From positions 13,854,550 through 13,918,549 of the forward strand of contig NC_090404.1 of NCBI RefSeq assembly GCF_036365525.1: a DNA stretch of 64,000 bases. The letters are read 5' to 3'. Position 1 is the stretch's first letter; the number at the start of each line of letters is the position of its first letter. Positions 25,729 to 36,870 of the stretch are shown piece by piece. Below the pieces are notes generated by a model. It was given only the letters and a program-made list of their open reading frames with translations. It had not been told where the DNA came from and searched no databases. The translations under genes and the position numbers were made by a program. This DNA is from Heterodontus francisci (lineage: Eukaryota).

Positions 25729-26386
25729 CTTCTTTGGCCTCCTTATCTCGAGAGACAATGGGTAAGCGTCTGGAGGTGGTCAGTAGTGTGTGGAGCAGCG
25801 CCTGGAGTGGCTATAAAGGCCAATTCTAGAGTGACAGGCTCTTCCACAGGTGCTGCAGAAAAATTTGTTTGTCGGGGCTGTTACACAGTTGGCTCTCCCC
25901 TTGCGCCTCTGTCTTTTTTCCTGCCAACTGCTAAGTCTCTTCGACTCGCCACACTTTAGCCCCGCCTTTATGGCTGCCCGCCAGCTCTGGCGAATACGGC
26001 CAACTGACTCCCACGACTTGTGATCAATGTCACAGGACTTCATGTCGCGTTTGCAGACGTCTTTAAAGCGGAGACATGGACGGCCGGTAGGTCTGATACC
26101 AGTGGCAAGCTCGCTGTACAATGTGTCTTTGGGTATCCTGCCATTTTCCATGCGGCTCACATGGCCAAGCCATCTCAAGCGCTGCTGACTCAGCAGTGTG
26201 TATAAGCTGGGGATGTTGGCCGCCTCGAGGACTCCTGCCACCCGATGCCAAGTATTCTCCGGAGGCAGTGAAGATGGAATGAATTGAGACGTCGCTCTTG
26301 GCTGACATACGTTGTCCAGGCCTCGCTGCCATAGAGCAAGGTACTGAGGACACAGGCTTGATACACTCGGACTTTTGTGTTCCGTG
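25729..26386 (-). mobile_element. RTE-clade LINE 3' fragment with 8-bp TSD
   Basis: LLYGSEAW, RLRWLGHVSRM and a C-terminal zinc finger CSTCGRACHSRIGLYSH. TSD TCAAATGT at 25721-25728 and 26387-26394. Confidence 0.88.
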
Positions 26387-27148
26387 TCAAATGTAAAGTT
26401 GCAAAAAACCTCTTTACAAAATCCACCGAACCCGCCAGTCATTGAACAAATTAATTATTATAATAAATAGAAAAATAGAAAATAATGGCAGCAGGATTGT
26501 TAGTTGACGAACATATTTAAAAGACTAATATTGATGCTTTTACATATTTTAGTAATATTGCCTGATAGCACTACATTAGAATAAATGAAGTTATCTAACT
26601 TAAATCTAAGCAAAGTTGCACATTTGTTATTTTTGCAGTTCTTAATTGCATCGAAATTTATTGCATTATATATGAGTGTTCGTGAGAATTAGATTAATAG
26701 ATGCCAATTTAATTATCACAAAAATACATTAAAATATCGTCAGGTTATTTTTTTGCCGCTGGAGCTTTATGCTTCAATTTTACTTCAAACATAATTAAGC
26801 ACTTACTGTTTGAAGTAAATCAGAAAACCTGCAGCAACTAGATGCCACCAAGATTAAACTTTGCAGAAACGCCAAACTGATTAACAGACCATAGGTACTT
26901 AAATTCCAGACACACAGTCTCATCAACAAATAAACACTGAATCACATCAGTCAGGAGCTTAATCCCACAAAAGCACCATTTCTGGAGAAGCCGTTTTAGA
27001 AAGAAAATCACCTGAAACATTGCAACAAATCTCAGTAGGGAATCCACCGAACCCACATTTCAGTGAACGAATGTATCATTACAATAAGCAGAAATATAAA
27101 ATAAAAAACACAAATAAAACATTTATTTAAAGAGGGCACGTTTCTTAC

Positions 27149-27196
27149 CTGCAATCACCGTCACCATGGTCCCTTGTCCCCAGTAGTCCATGTTGT
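27149..27196 (-). other. IGHJ: Ig heavy-chain JH segment (intact)
   Basis: NMDYWGQGTMVTVIA followed by a G|GTAAG donor; contains the WGxG motif. Confidence 0.95.
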
Positions 27197-27234
27197 CACA
27201 GTGTTACATTCCCTGCCTGGGTTTCTCAATAACC
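27197..27234 (-). other. JH RSS with 22-nt spacer
   Basis: On the plus strand: CACAGTG 27197-27203, 22-nt spacer, TCAATAACC 27226-27234. A 22-nt spacer is typical of shark JH. Confidence 0.9.
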
Positions 27235-27502
27235 GGATCTGCACAGAATAGAGAGAAATCCAACATTATTTAAAATATTCATACCTCAGAGGCAAAATAA
27301 AATCAGGACGATTCTCCGTAAAATTATAACTGCGTGAATAGTTATTTTCACTTTTTATAACTTACCCTGATATTTTATGTTTCACACAGTAACAAATCAG
27401 CAATTATTGAAATCACCAACTGATGGATGAATAATTAATCAGTTTATCTGATTTTAGGGACATCCCGTCTTCTTCACATCCGCCATCAATCTCTCTGCAA
27501 AC

Positions 27503-28360
27503 ATGTTGGCTGTTACTGTCTATTTAATGGTCACAGCTGGAGCTCTCTTAACTGGTAAGTTCACAAGTTACTCAGCTCTGTGTTTCACATCTGTATTATA
27601 CATTAGACTGAATCGGCCAGTTCACTGAGCAGAGGAATATCGGTAAATTGATCCGAAGTGAAGAAAACTATCCGGATCCACCTTGTCTCAACACTGAACA
27701 GTGTCTGCGAAACACGACAACTTCCCCCGGCGATTGGCAGCAGACCCACCCCAACAAGCTGGATCCAATGACTGACTTTGATAGACACACAAATCATTAA
27801 AGCAGAGACCGTATGGAGTTTCACATACACGTCACAGGAGGTGGAAGTGAGGAACTGATTCCGCTCGAAGATGCTGAAGGTTCATTAAAGGAAGTTTTAT
27901 GAATTCGATTCAAGTACCTTCCTGCTTCAGCTCCTGAACTGTGAGGAATGTATTTGTGTTTAACTGTCCTGATTTAATTCTCAGGTCAGTGTTGGGGGTG
28001 ACGGGCTGTTTCGGGTTTAGACACACTGAAGTGACATTGTTTAATTTAATATCCCTCTGCGCTCTTGCAGGACACTGTCGAGGGGACACCGGCTGCGAAC
28101 ACAGTAACTGAAGGAAATGATGTTCAGTTGCAATGTAATTATACAACTACAATCGCTAACCCTGACCTATTCTGGTACCGTCAGTATCCCAGCGGATCCA
28201 TGGAGTATCTGCTACAGAGAAACAGTTACAGCGAGGACCGGGAGAGATTTCCAGGGGACCGTTTTTCAGCGAAGCTCAATAAATCGAGCCGGACCGCCCC
28301 GCTCAAAGTGACTAAAACTGAACTGACAGACACGGCGGTGTATTACTGCGCAGTGAGACC
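27503..28360 (+). pseudogene. TRAV/DV: TCR alpha/delta V pseudogene (V3; paralog of V2)
   Basis: Leader 27503-27554 (MLAVTVYLMVTAGALLTG). V exon 28071-28360 has a 14-nt deletion relative to V2 that gives an early TGA in the spliced frame. The rest (LQCNY...LFWYRQ...DTAVYYCAVR) is intact. Confidence 0.9.
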
Positions 28361-28399
28361 CACAGAGACACAGAGCTGGGCTGAATCTGTGCAAAAACT
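28361..28399 (+). other. 23-RSS of V3
   Basis: CACAGAG, 23-nt spacer, GCAAAAACT. Confidence 0.9.
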
Positions 28400-28974
28400 T
28401 TCAGAGTGTCGTTTAACATGAGGCACGTTAAGGGATGTTTGTTATGAGGGCGAGTCTCAACTGGTGCTGTGTTTGCGATGCTATGTTGTACTTTTTATTC
28501 AATTGCAGTTGTATTTTTAATGATAAATGTATAATAAAATATGCAAATGTAGTTACACAAGTGAAAAACCTTTAGCGAAAGACATGAAGAACGAAATAGC
28601 AGTTATAAAGTGAAACGCCAGAGGGGAAACATACTGACAGTCTGGACCTGTGTACAAAGATCACCGGCATCCGGCACTATTTGAAATGAGAGGAAATGAA
28701 AGTGAGCCGTTGTGAATGCGGGTTTTGGGTTCTTGTGGTTCATGGAGCGGATCAACAAGGGTCACATCTGTGAGCGGAAGCTGTGAATTTCCAAGCAGCA
28801 ATTCATCTGATTGCTGCTTCTCTCCCTGTATGTGCTGTTGTACAGGACTCGACATTCACCATCAGCATCACCACAACACATCTCCCCATAAATGGGTACT
28901 GGAAACTATGCCATAGGTAATCTGACTGCCCGTTTTCTTCAAGTATCCGCAAGATGTTAAAGTTCTCATCATGT

Positions 28975-28988
28975 TCACCAGAGGGCGC
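28975..28988 (+). promoter_or_regulatory. CTCF-binding motif
   Basis: TCACCAGAGGGCGC. Confidence 0.55.
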
Positions 28989-30122
28989 CATAGTCAGATG
29001 TTTCTCTCTGTTCCTTCGGGTCTCAGCCCCGTGTTCTTCCTGATTTGTGGAAAACCCACCAACATTTAAAACTTGTTTATATGGTGTTTGTGCTTGTGAG
29101 TTTCAGTACAATACTTGCACCGCCGTCCTCCCCCTTGTTCTGTTTGCTATTCATCGTCAAAATTGGCCTTTACCACATGTATGATTTCGTTACAGATAAC
29201 GAAAAAAGTAAAGCTATTGCGTCTGTAAAGCTAACGTTCGAGAAAATAAATTGTATATGAAAATGGTCAATGAAGGACAGAGTCACAGAGACAACACTGC
29301 AACCCGAGTGAGGAGTTTCTCCCGTCTGACAAGCAAAGATTTCCCTCTCTAGCTGATTAATTTCAGCACAGTGGAATGGCGCCTCCTGTTAGTTTCACAC
29401 AGACATTATTCTAACGGTTTCACCAGATATTTGTGAAATCGGCTCATATTCCCCTCCGAGGATTTGCTAACACATGTCGGATGATGGCGGTAAGATTTTT
29501 ATCTCAAAGTCACAAAATATGGGTTTGAATGTGGATGAAAATGCTCAGTTCATTTCACCCACTGTGACTGATCGGACTGAAATGTTGCGGGTGGTTGAGG
29601 TGGTGTCTCGGGTTTGATTAAGTTTATACTGGGGGCTACACAAGTGGAATTTCCTTTGGTCCCTGTGTGGATATCTACTCTGAAAGTTGTTTCAGCGTAA
29701 TCACAAACGTTTTAATTTGGCACGCGCGTTCATTATTCCCCCACAGTGTGGACACTTCAGTGTTATACAGGAAATTGATGTTAATGTTCTCGATGAGACG
29801 TCATACAGCAGCATAAAATAAACACTCAGTGAAGTGACCGATTCGGCACCATTAATCCCACAATTAAGCAATGTTGAAGCTTTCCTCAGAGCAGAGATTG
29901 CATTCACTCGGTGACTGGCTCCTCAGTCTGATCCTTTATGCTGTGACCGTCAGTATCTCTGATCAGAACCGCTATCCAATTGGAAATTAAAGAGACAGGC
30001 CTTGCAGTAACACTGCCCGCGGCAGCTCCGCTCACATCCTCCGTTTGCTGTTTTGTCTTGGACCCACCTTGCCTGCCCTGTGTTATTGGAGAGATTGCTG
30101 CCGCTGTGCCGGAACTGCAAAC

Positions 30123-30161
30123 AGTTTTTGTACAGTGACTGCCGCGCTTCCTCTCAGTGTG
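30123..30161 (-). other. 23-RSS of V4
   Basis: Minus strand: CACACTG, 23-nt spacer, ACAAAAACT. Confidence 0.92.
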
Positions 30162-30590
30162 CGACTGTATCGCACAGTAATACACCGCCATATCCGCGCT
30201 TTCCGTGCTTCCAATGACAAATTGGCCTCGTTTGGCCGCAGTGGAAAGATCCAGTTCAAATCGACCTTTTTTCTCTTTTCCACTCGATAGACGCTTTATT
30301 ACCCAGTCCAGTCCGTGGCCGGATTTCTGTTTGTACCAATGCATGCCGTAAATGCTGGACACGTCATAGCTGCAGTTCATCTGCACCGAATCCCCACTCC
30401 GGACTGTTTTCGCAGCGGGAGACTGGAGCACCTGCTCCGTGAGACAGCGACCTGAAAGAACACATTCAGATCATGAAACACTGAAGCAACGTGAATAAAA
30501 AATAAACACAGCGGGTTATTGAATAGAGTTCCTACACGTTAGCAGCGCCAGAACGACGGGTAATAGATTCACTGATTCCAAGTAATACAT
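30162..30590 (-). CDS. TRAV/DV: TCR alpha/delta V segment, apparently functional, inverted (V4)
   Basis: Leader 30536-30590 (MYYLESVNLLPVVLALLT). V exon 30162-30451 in frame: EQVLQSPAAKTVRSGDSVQMNCSYDVSSIYGMHWYKQ...DMAVYYCAIQ. Confidence 0.92.
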
Positions 30591-31039
30591 CCTTGTAATT
30601 ACAATGTTAATAAGAAAACGGCACACAGTTCGCCGCAGAACAGGAACATTGAACATTTGTCTGACGAAAGTCGGAGCCGCCCAGAGAAAGTCTCAGTCAC
30701 GTGGGTTTGCTGCTCTTGGATTGGCTGGAACAGGACATTGCTCCCCGATGTAAGGAGGCAATTTGTTGATCCGCTGCTGCCTTCGCCAGCGGTTCACATC
30801 TGAACATGGAGTTGTCTAATGATGAGATTGTTCCTCTCCTCTTGTGAACGGAATTGAGGGAAATCCTATCCCTTTGTGATAGTGACTCTCTGAAGGGACA
30901 GGTCTGGCGCTGGGTGTTAAAATCCAGTAAAATCTTTTCCTTACCGAATAAATGGAGCCTGTGGAACTCCACCCCATAAAGGAATCAATATATTCCGGAC
31001 TGTCAGAATAACCCTTTCTGAATGGGCTGGATGATTTTT

Positions 31040-32016
31040 GCAATTTATATAAATGACTGAGATAAAGGGACCGAAGGTATGGTTGCTAAATTTGCTGATG
31101 ACACAAAGATAAGTAGAAAAGTAACTTATGAAGAGGACATAAGGAGGCTACAAACAGATATAGATAGGTTAAGTGAGTGGGCAAAGAACTGGGAAATAGA
31201 GTATGATGTGGGAAATTTTGAAATTGTCCACTTTGGCAGGAAGAACAAAAACGTAGCATATTATCTAAATGGTGAGAGATTGCAGAGCTCTGAGATGCAG
31301 AGGGATCTGGGTGTCCTAGTGCATGAATCGCAAAAGGTTAGTATGCAGGTACAGCACATCATTAGGAAAGCTAATAGAATGTTATCGTTTATCGGGAGGG
31401 GAATTGAATACAAAAGTAGGGAGGTTATACTTCAGCTATACAGGGCATTGGTGGGAGCACACCTGGAGTATTGTGTACAGTACTGGCCTCCACAGTTAAG
31501 CAAGGATGTAAATGAATTGGAGGCAGTACAGAGAAGGTTTACTAGACTAATACCTGGAATGGAAAGGTTGTCTTATGAGGAAAGCGTGGACAGGCTAGGC
31601 TTGTATCTGCTGGAGTTTAGAAGAGTAAGAGGCGACTTGATTGAACCATATAAGATCCTGAGGGGTCTTGACAGGGTGGATGTGGAAAGGATGTTTCTCC
31701 TTGTGGGAGAATCTAGAACTAGGGGTCACTGTTTAAAAATAGAAGGTCGGCCATTAAGTCAAAGATGAGGAGACAATTTTTCTCTCTCAGAGGGTCGTGA
31801 GTCTTTGGAATTCTCTTCCTCAAAAGGCAGTGGAAGTAGAGTCTTTGAATTTTTGTTTAAGCAGAGGTAGATAGATTCTTGATAAGCAACGGGGTGAATG
31901 GTTATTGGGGATAGATGGAAATGTGGAGTAGTCAGTTCAGCCATGAACGTATTGAATGGCAGAGCAGGCTCGAGGGGCCCAGTGGCCTACTATAATTCAT
32001 ATGTTTGTATGTTCGT
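31040..32016 (+). mobile_element. CR1 LINE 3' fragment
   Basis: 229-aa open RT C-terminus (KFADDTK...LEFRRVRGDL) and 3' tail. Confidence 0.88.
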
Positions 32017-32183
32017 ATGAAACCTGTAGAATTGTACCTCATGAAGGAGTCAACAGATTCAGGAAAGTCTGAACAACCCTTTCCTAATAGGGCGGAGGAA
32101 GCAGGTGGAACTGCAGCCAATAAAAGAGTCAACACAGGAGAGAAAAGTAGATGTGTAGAGATTGCCTGACAGGGACCTGCCGC

Positions 32184-32222
32184 AGATATTGTATTGGAGC
32201 GCTTAGTCATTGCCTCACAGTG
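32184..32222 (-). other. 23-RSS of V5
   Basis: Minus strand: CACTGTG, 23-nt spacer, ACAATATCT (non-consensus nonamer). Confidence 0.85.
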
Positions 32223-32621
32223 CCTCACTGCACAGTAATACACTCCAGCGTCTGATACCAATGTGCTGTCAATACCGAGAATGTTATAGTTTCTTTTTGG
32301 TTCAATAAAGAGTCTGAACCGCCGGTCAGTGGCGTTGCCGTTGATTGCAGATATGATAAATCTGGGGCCACGGTTCGGTTGTTCTCTGTACCAGTGGATA
32401 GCGTCGGTGCCGCTGGTGGTTGCATTGCATTGGATTTCAATCAATTGCCCCTCTTGTGCACACATCTGTTGTGGTTGGTGGATTAGAGCCTCTCCGCCGA
32501 TAACTGTCGATGCAAAAGAGACAGAGAAATGAGAAATGATTAAAAAAAATAACCGCAAACGCTTTTTCTGCAGAAAACACTCACCCAAAATCAAAAAAGT
32601 GATAGTTGCAATTTCATTCAT
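32223..32621 (-). CDS. TRAV/DV: TCR alpha/delta V segment, open, inverted (V5)
   Basis: Leader 32585-32621 (MNEIATITFLILG), 81-nt intron, V exon 32223-32503: LIHQPQQMCAQEGQLIEIQCNATTSGTDAIHWYRE...DAGVYYCAVR. Confidence 0.9.
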
Positions 32622-32799
32622 TGCGTTTTCCTGGTTTCTGCGCTCGGTGAATCAGGAATATTTCTAGAAAATCGAGTTATTTTGGCATAATTCTGACGTG
32701 CAAATGGTGATATTTGCTGCCAGGTATGAAGATAAGTATCGCTTATATATTCACTGAGGGTCAGGGAACAGTCCACGTGCTAATCTTGTTCTCCCTGAC

Positions 32800-32813
32800 A
32801 CGCCCTCTGGTGG
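32800..32813 (-). promoter_or_regulatory. CTCF-binding motif
   Basis: Minus strand CCACCAGAGGGCGT. Confidence 0.6.
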
Positions 32814-33239
32814 CCCTATTTCTCACTTCTCGACTTCAAACAGTAATGGTCTCTGAGAACTTGCGGGGAACTGCAACGTGATGAGTCAGACACTTGTCCT
32901 TTGATCATCATGGACGTGGGGTCAAAGCCAGTCTAGGCAGAATGTGATGAGTGAGGCTGTGGGGAAGGCTTAAGTATGGGCGGGAGAGGCTTTTGAGGTT
33001 TGTCGCTGTAAGCAGAGCCGTGATATATGTATGGTGGACATAGCATAGGCTACACAGTATTGACTACCCTCGCATTCTACACCATTAGCCGTCACCTCAT
33101 CACATATAAACTCCCGGGAATGGAATACAAAATAAACATTTGGACATTTTAGGAGGATCGAAAGCTCTCGATGCATCAGAGCGCAACCTGGCTGCCCATT
33201 CCAGTAAATACTTGATTTTCAAACCTGTAATTTAGAGAG

Positions 33240-33467
33240 AGGCGCGGGGGGAGGGGGGGGGGGGGGTGCGGGGTTGGGGGGGGGGGTGGGTGGCGGAGTA
33301 GAAATACAGGGAGAAAGACTGAGGAGAGATAGAGAGAGAAAGACAGATAGGGATGCAAGAAGAAATATTGAAAGATTGACACAGACGGAAAAAGCAGACA
33401 GCGATACAGGCAAAAAGACTGAGGGAGACTGAGCAAAGTACCAGTAGAGACACGGGAAGAAAGAGAA

Positions 33468-33502
<35 letters not shown>

Positions 33503-35330
33503 AAGACAGATGCAAGGGAGAAAGACTGAGGGAGAGACAGAAAGAGAAACACAGAAAGAAGCACAGGGAGAAATACTGGGGGTGGGGGGAGAGACAAGGA
33601 TAGAAACACTGATAGCGATACAGGGAGAAAGAATGAGAGAGGGAAGCACAGATGGGGATACCGGGATAAAGACTGAGGAAAAGACAGAGATAGAAACACA
33701 CAGAGATACAGGGAGAAAATTGAGGGAGATACAGAGAGAGAAACACAGATAATGATACAGAGAGAAAATAAAGGGAGAGACAGAGAGAGAAATACTGATA
33801 CAGATGTAGGGACAAAGACAGCGCGGGAAACTAAGACAGAAAGATAGATAGAGGTACAGGGAGAATGACTGAGGGAGGGACTAATAGTCCCTGGAGGCAC
33901 AGGGAGAAAGAATGAGTAAGAGACAATGATAAAAGCACAGATAGTGATACAGGGAGAAAGACTGAGGGAACGACAGAGAGTGAAGCATAGACAGATATAC
34001 AGGGAAAAAGACGGAGGGAGGGATAGAGAGAGAAAAACACAGATAACGATGCAAGGAGAAAGGCTGAGGGAGTGACAGAAACAGAAAGAAAGGCAGAGAT
34101 ACCAGGACAATAGTGAGGGAGGGACAGAACGCTAAACACAAATAGAGACCAAGGGAGAAAGACTGAGGGAGATACAGGGACAGAAGCACTGATGGAGATA
34201 CAAGAAGAAATACTGAGGGAGGGACAGAGACAGAAACACAAATTGAAATACAGGGAGAAAGACTGAGGAGGTAACTGAGGCAGATACACAGACATAGGCA
34301 CAGGGACAAAGACTGAGGGACAGCCAGAGACGCAAGCACAGAAAGAGATTCAGGGATAAAGACTGATTACGATACAGGGACAGAAACACAGACAAAGGTG
34401 CAAGGAGAAAGACTGAGCGAGAGACAGAGACAGAAACACATATAGAGGTACCGGGAGAAAATTAAGGGAGAGACACAGACAGAAAACAAAGGTAGGGATT
34501 CAGTGAGAAAGACTGAGGGATAGACAATGATAGAAACGGCGGCACAGTGGCGCAGTGGTTAGCACCGCAGCCTCACAGCTCCAGCGACCCGGATTCAATT
34601 TTGGGTACTGCCTGTGTGGAGTTTGCACGTTCTCCCTGTGTCTGCGTGGGTTTTCTCCGGGTGCTCCGGTTTCCTCCCACAACCAAAAGACTTGCAGGTT
34701 GGTAGGTAAATTGGCCATTATAAATTATCCCTAGTATAGGTAGGTGGTAGGGAAATATAGGGACAGGTGGGGATGTGGTAGGAATATGGGATTAGTGTAG
34801 GATTAGTATAAAATGGTCGGTTGATGGTCGGCACAGACTCGGTGGGCCGAAGGGCCTGTTTCAGTGCTGTATCACTAAACTAAACATATAGAGAGGGCAG
34901 GTACAAAGAATGAGGGGAAGACTGAGGGAGGAACACAGGTAGACGCACAGGGAGAACGACAGAGGGAGAGACAGAAACAGGAACACAGACAGAGATACCA
35001 GGAAAATACCGATGGAGGGACAAAAAAAGAAGCACAGATAGAGGCACAGGGAGGGAAACAGAGTGAGAAGCAAAGATAGGAAATGAGGGAGAGACGGGGA
35101 GAAAAACCGAGGGAGAAACAGTGAGAGAAATGACAGCGAGACAGCTGGAGAAATAGACGAAGATGCAGTGAAGAAGAAGCAGATGCAGCAACAGGGAGAC
35201 ATGTATAGTGAGGAACGGAGAGAAACAAATGAAACAACGAGACAATCAGAGGGAGAGATAGTGAGAGAAGCAGTGACTAAAATGGAAGCAGGAATTCTAG
35301 GGGGAAAACACATAGAGATATAAAATAGCA
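33240..35330. repeat. GA-rich degenerate tandem repeat (~45-bp unit) interrupted by a SINE
   Basis: Recurring ACAGGGAGAAAGACTGAGGGA units. This is the source of the spurious S/L-rich minus-strand ORFs. Confidence 0.85.
34538..34885 (+). mobile_element. Full-length HE1-type SINE
   Basis: tRNA-like head GGCGGCACAGTGGCGCAGTGGTTAGC and (CTAAA)n tail. Confidence 0.9.
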
Positions 35331-35668
35331 TGTGATGCGGAAAGAGTTAATCCTGAAACATACTTTAAATTAAACTGCGGCGGCAGAGCATGTGGGCAGA
35401 AAATCAATTCAGTAAAAGGTAACTTGAGGACTGAGCTGAGGAGATCGCTGGTCACACAAAGAGTGGTCAATATTTGGAATGAAATCCCGGCAAAGTGGCA
35501 GAGTCTAAAAGCAAGAAATTAGTTTAATGCTGCCCAGAGGCAATTTCAGAGGTGTGGGGATTTTCTGGAAGAATGGATTAAGATGGGAAGAATGGCCTTC
35601 CTTATTCACCAATGCTTTGTAACGTCGGGGTTGATCAGCTGCAGTGAAGACGCAAACACGGTGCGGGG

Positions 35669-35682
35669 GCTCCCTCTGGTGG
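35669..35682 (-). promoter_or_regulatory. CTCF-binding motif
   Basis: Minus strand CCACCAGAGGGAGC. Confidence 0.55.
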
Positions 35683-36437
35683 CGATATGTGGGTAAAATT
35701 TGCCTGGAAAATCACTGAATTCTCAAACTGCTGAAGGGGGTTGTGATCTTGTCACATTCCTCTTGTTCTTATTATTGTTACTATGTCAATACAATTTAAT
35801 GCAGATAAACCTACACACGATGTTAATGCCAACTTCAGCATTAATTATCGTGCTACATACAAAGGATGTAAATATCTCTCGTGATTCATCGCTATCCTAT
35901 ATATTATAGGATTTTAATGCAACTGCTGCTATTTTACACTTGTCACTGAGCTGCGGTTATTATCTTTATCCATTATAATTGCTGCTATTAGAATGGAGTA
36001 CTTCATGTGGGAAGCTCATTGGAACGAGAGACTGATTTTCTACTCTCTGCACTTGCATGGAACACGGCAGAATGAGACAAGGACAGTGAAAGCTAGAGAG
36101 ACTCAGAGATGGAGAGAGTGGTGATAGAGACACAGGAAAACCGAAAGACATAGAGAAACTGATAGTAACGGAACCAAAGAGGGAGTCAGAGACTCCGAGA
36201 AGGACAGAGACAGAAAGAGGCGCACAGAGGAGTTAATTGGTCCACAACTAATACTGATTGGCTCCCAACTGTCATCAGTTCTGACAAACTAGCCAATGCT
36301 GTCCCTGAGAAACGCCCCTGAGTTCCTCAATAAGTGAAGCCTGTCCCTAATCTGAGTTTATTATTTAATATCAGACCAGAAGGGTCAACATAGTTTAAAT
36401 ATTCTATTATTTTCCTTGGAACTCTAAATCAGGCAGC

Positions 36438-36870
36438 ATGTACACCCCATGTGCCTTACTGATATTACTGGTCGTGCTGACTGGTGAGTCTATGCTTAAG
36501 TGGTCAGCGTGTGTTTCAAGGGTTATACTTACCCACAGACTTTTTACAAATTCTATATTTATGTTACAGGAACGAACGGCAAAGATTCTGTGCACCAGGA
36601 TCCGCCTGAATTGACGGTTCAGGAAGGACAGGCCATAATACTAAACTGCCGTTACTCGACAGCTGTTCCAGCTCTGTTCTGGTACATCCAGTGTCCCGGT
36701 GAAGCTCTGAAAGATTTAGTGACGATGTATAGCTCGGGAGCTAAAGATAAGTCTCCAATTTTCGCAGGCAGGCTCTCTGCTGGTTTACACAAAGAAAACA
36801 AAACGGTTCTTTTAAATATCTCCGGGGTTCTTCTCTCCGACACCGCTGTGTATTTCTGTGCCATGGAGCC
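36438..36870 (+). CDS. TRAV/DV: TCR alpha/delta V segment, open reading frame (V6; paralog of V1)
   Basis: Leader 36438-36483 (MYTPCALLILLVVLTG). V exon 36570-36870: DSVHQDPPELTVQEGQAIILNCRY...LFWYIQ...DTAVYFCAME. Confidence 0.9.

Noticed and set aside
27240-27460. Search for IgH D segments upstream of JH
   Set aside because: No heptamer/nonamer pair with 12 or 22 spacing was found. CACAGTA near 27385 has no nonamer.
29367-29405. CACAGTG + 23 nt + ACACAGACA
   Set aside because: The nonamer matches only 6/9 and there is no V or D coding sequence upstream. Likely a chance cryptic RSS.
34538-34610. tRNA gene-like A/B boxes
   Set aside because: These are SINE heads followed by SINE body and tail, not tRNA genes.
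33176-35331. Long minus-strand ORFs up to 292 aa
   Set aside because: Low-complexity S/L/F/C translations of a GA-rich tandem repeat.
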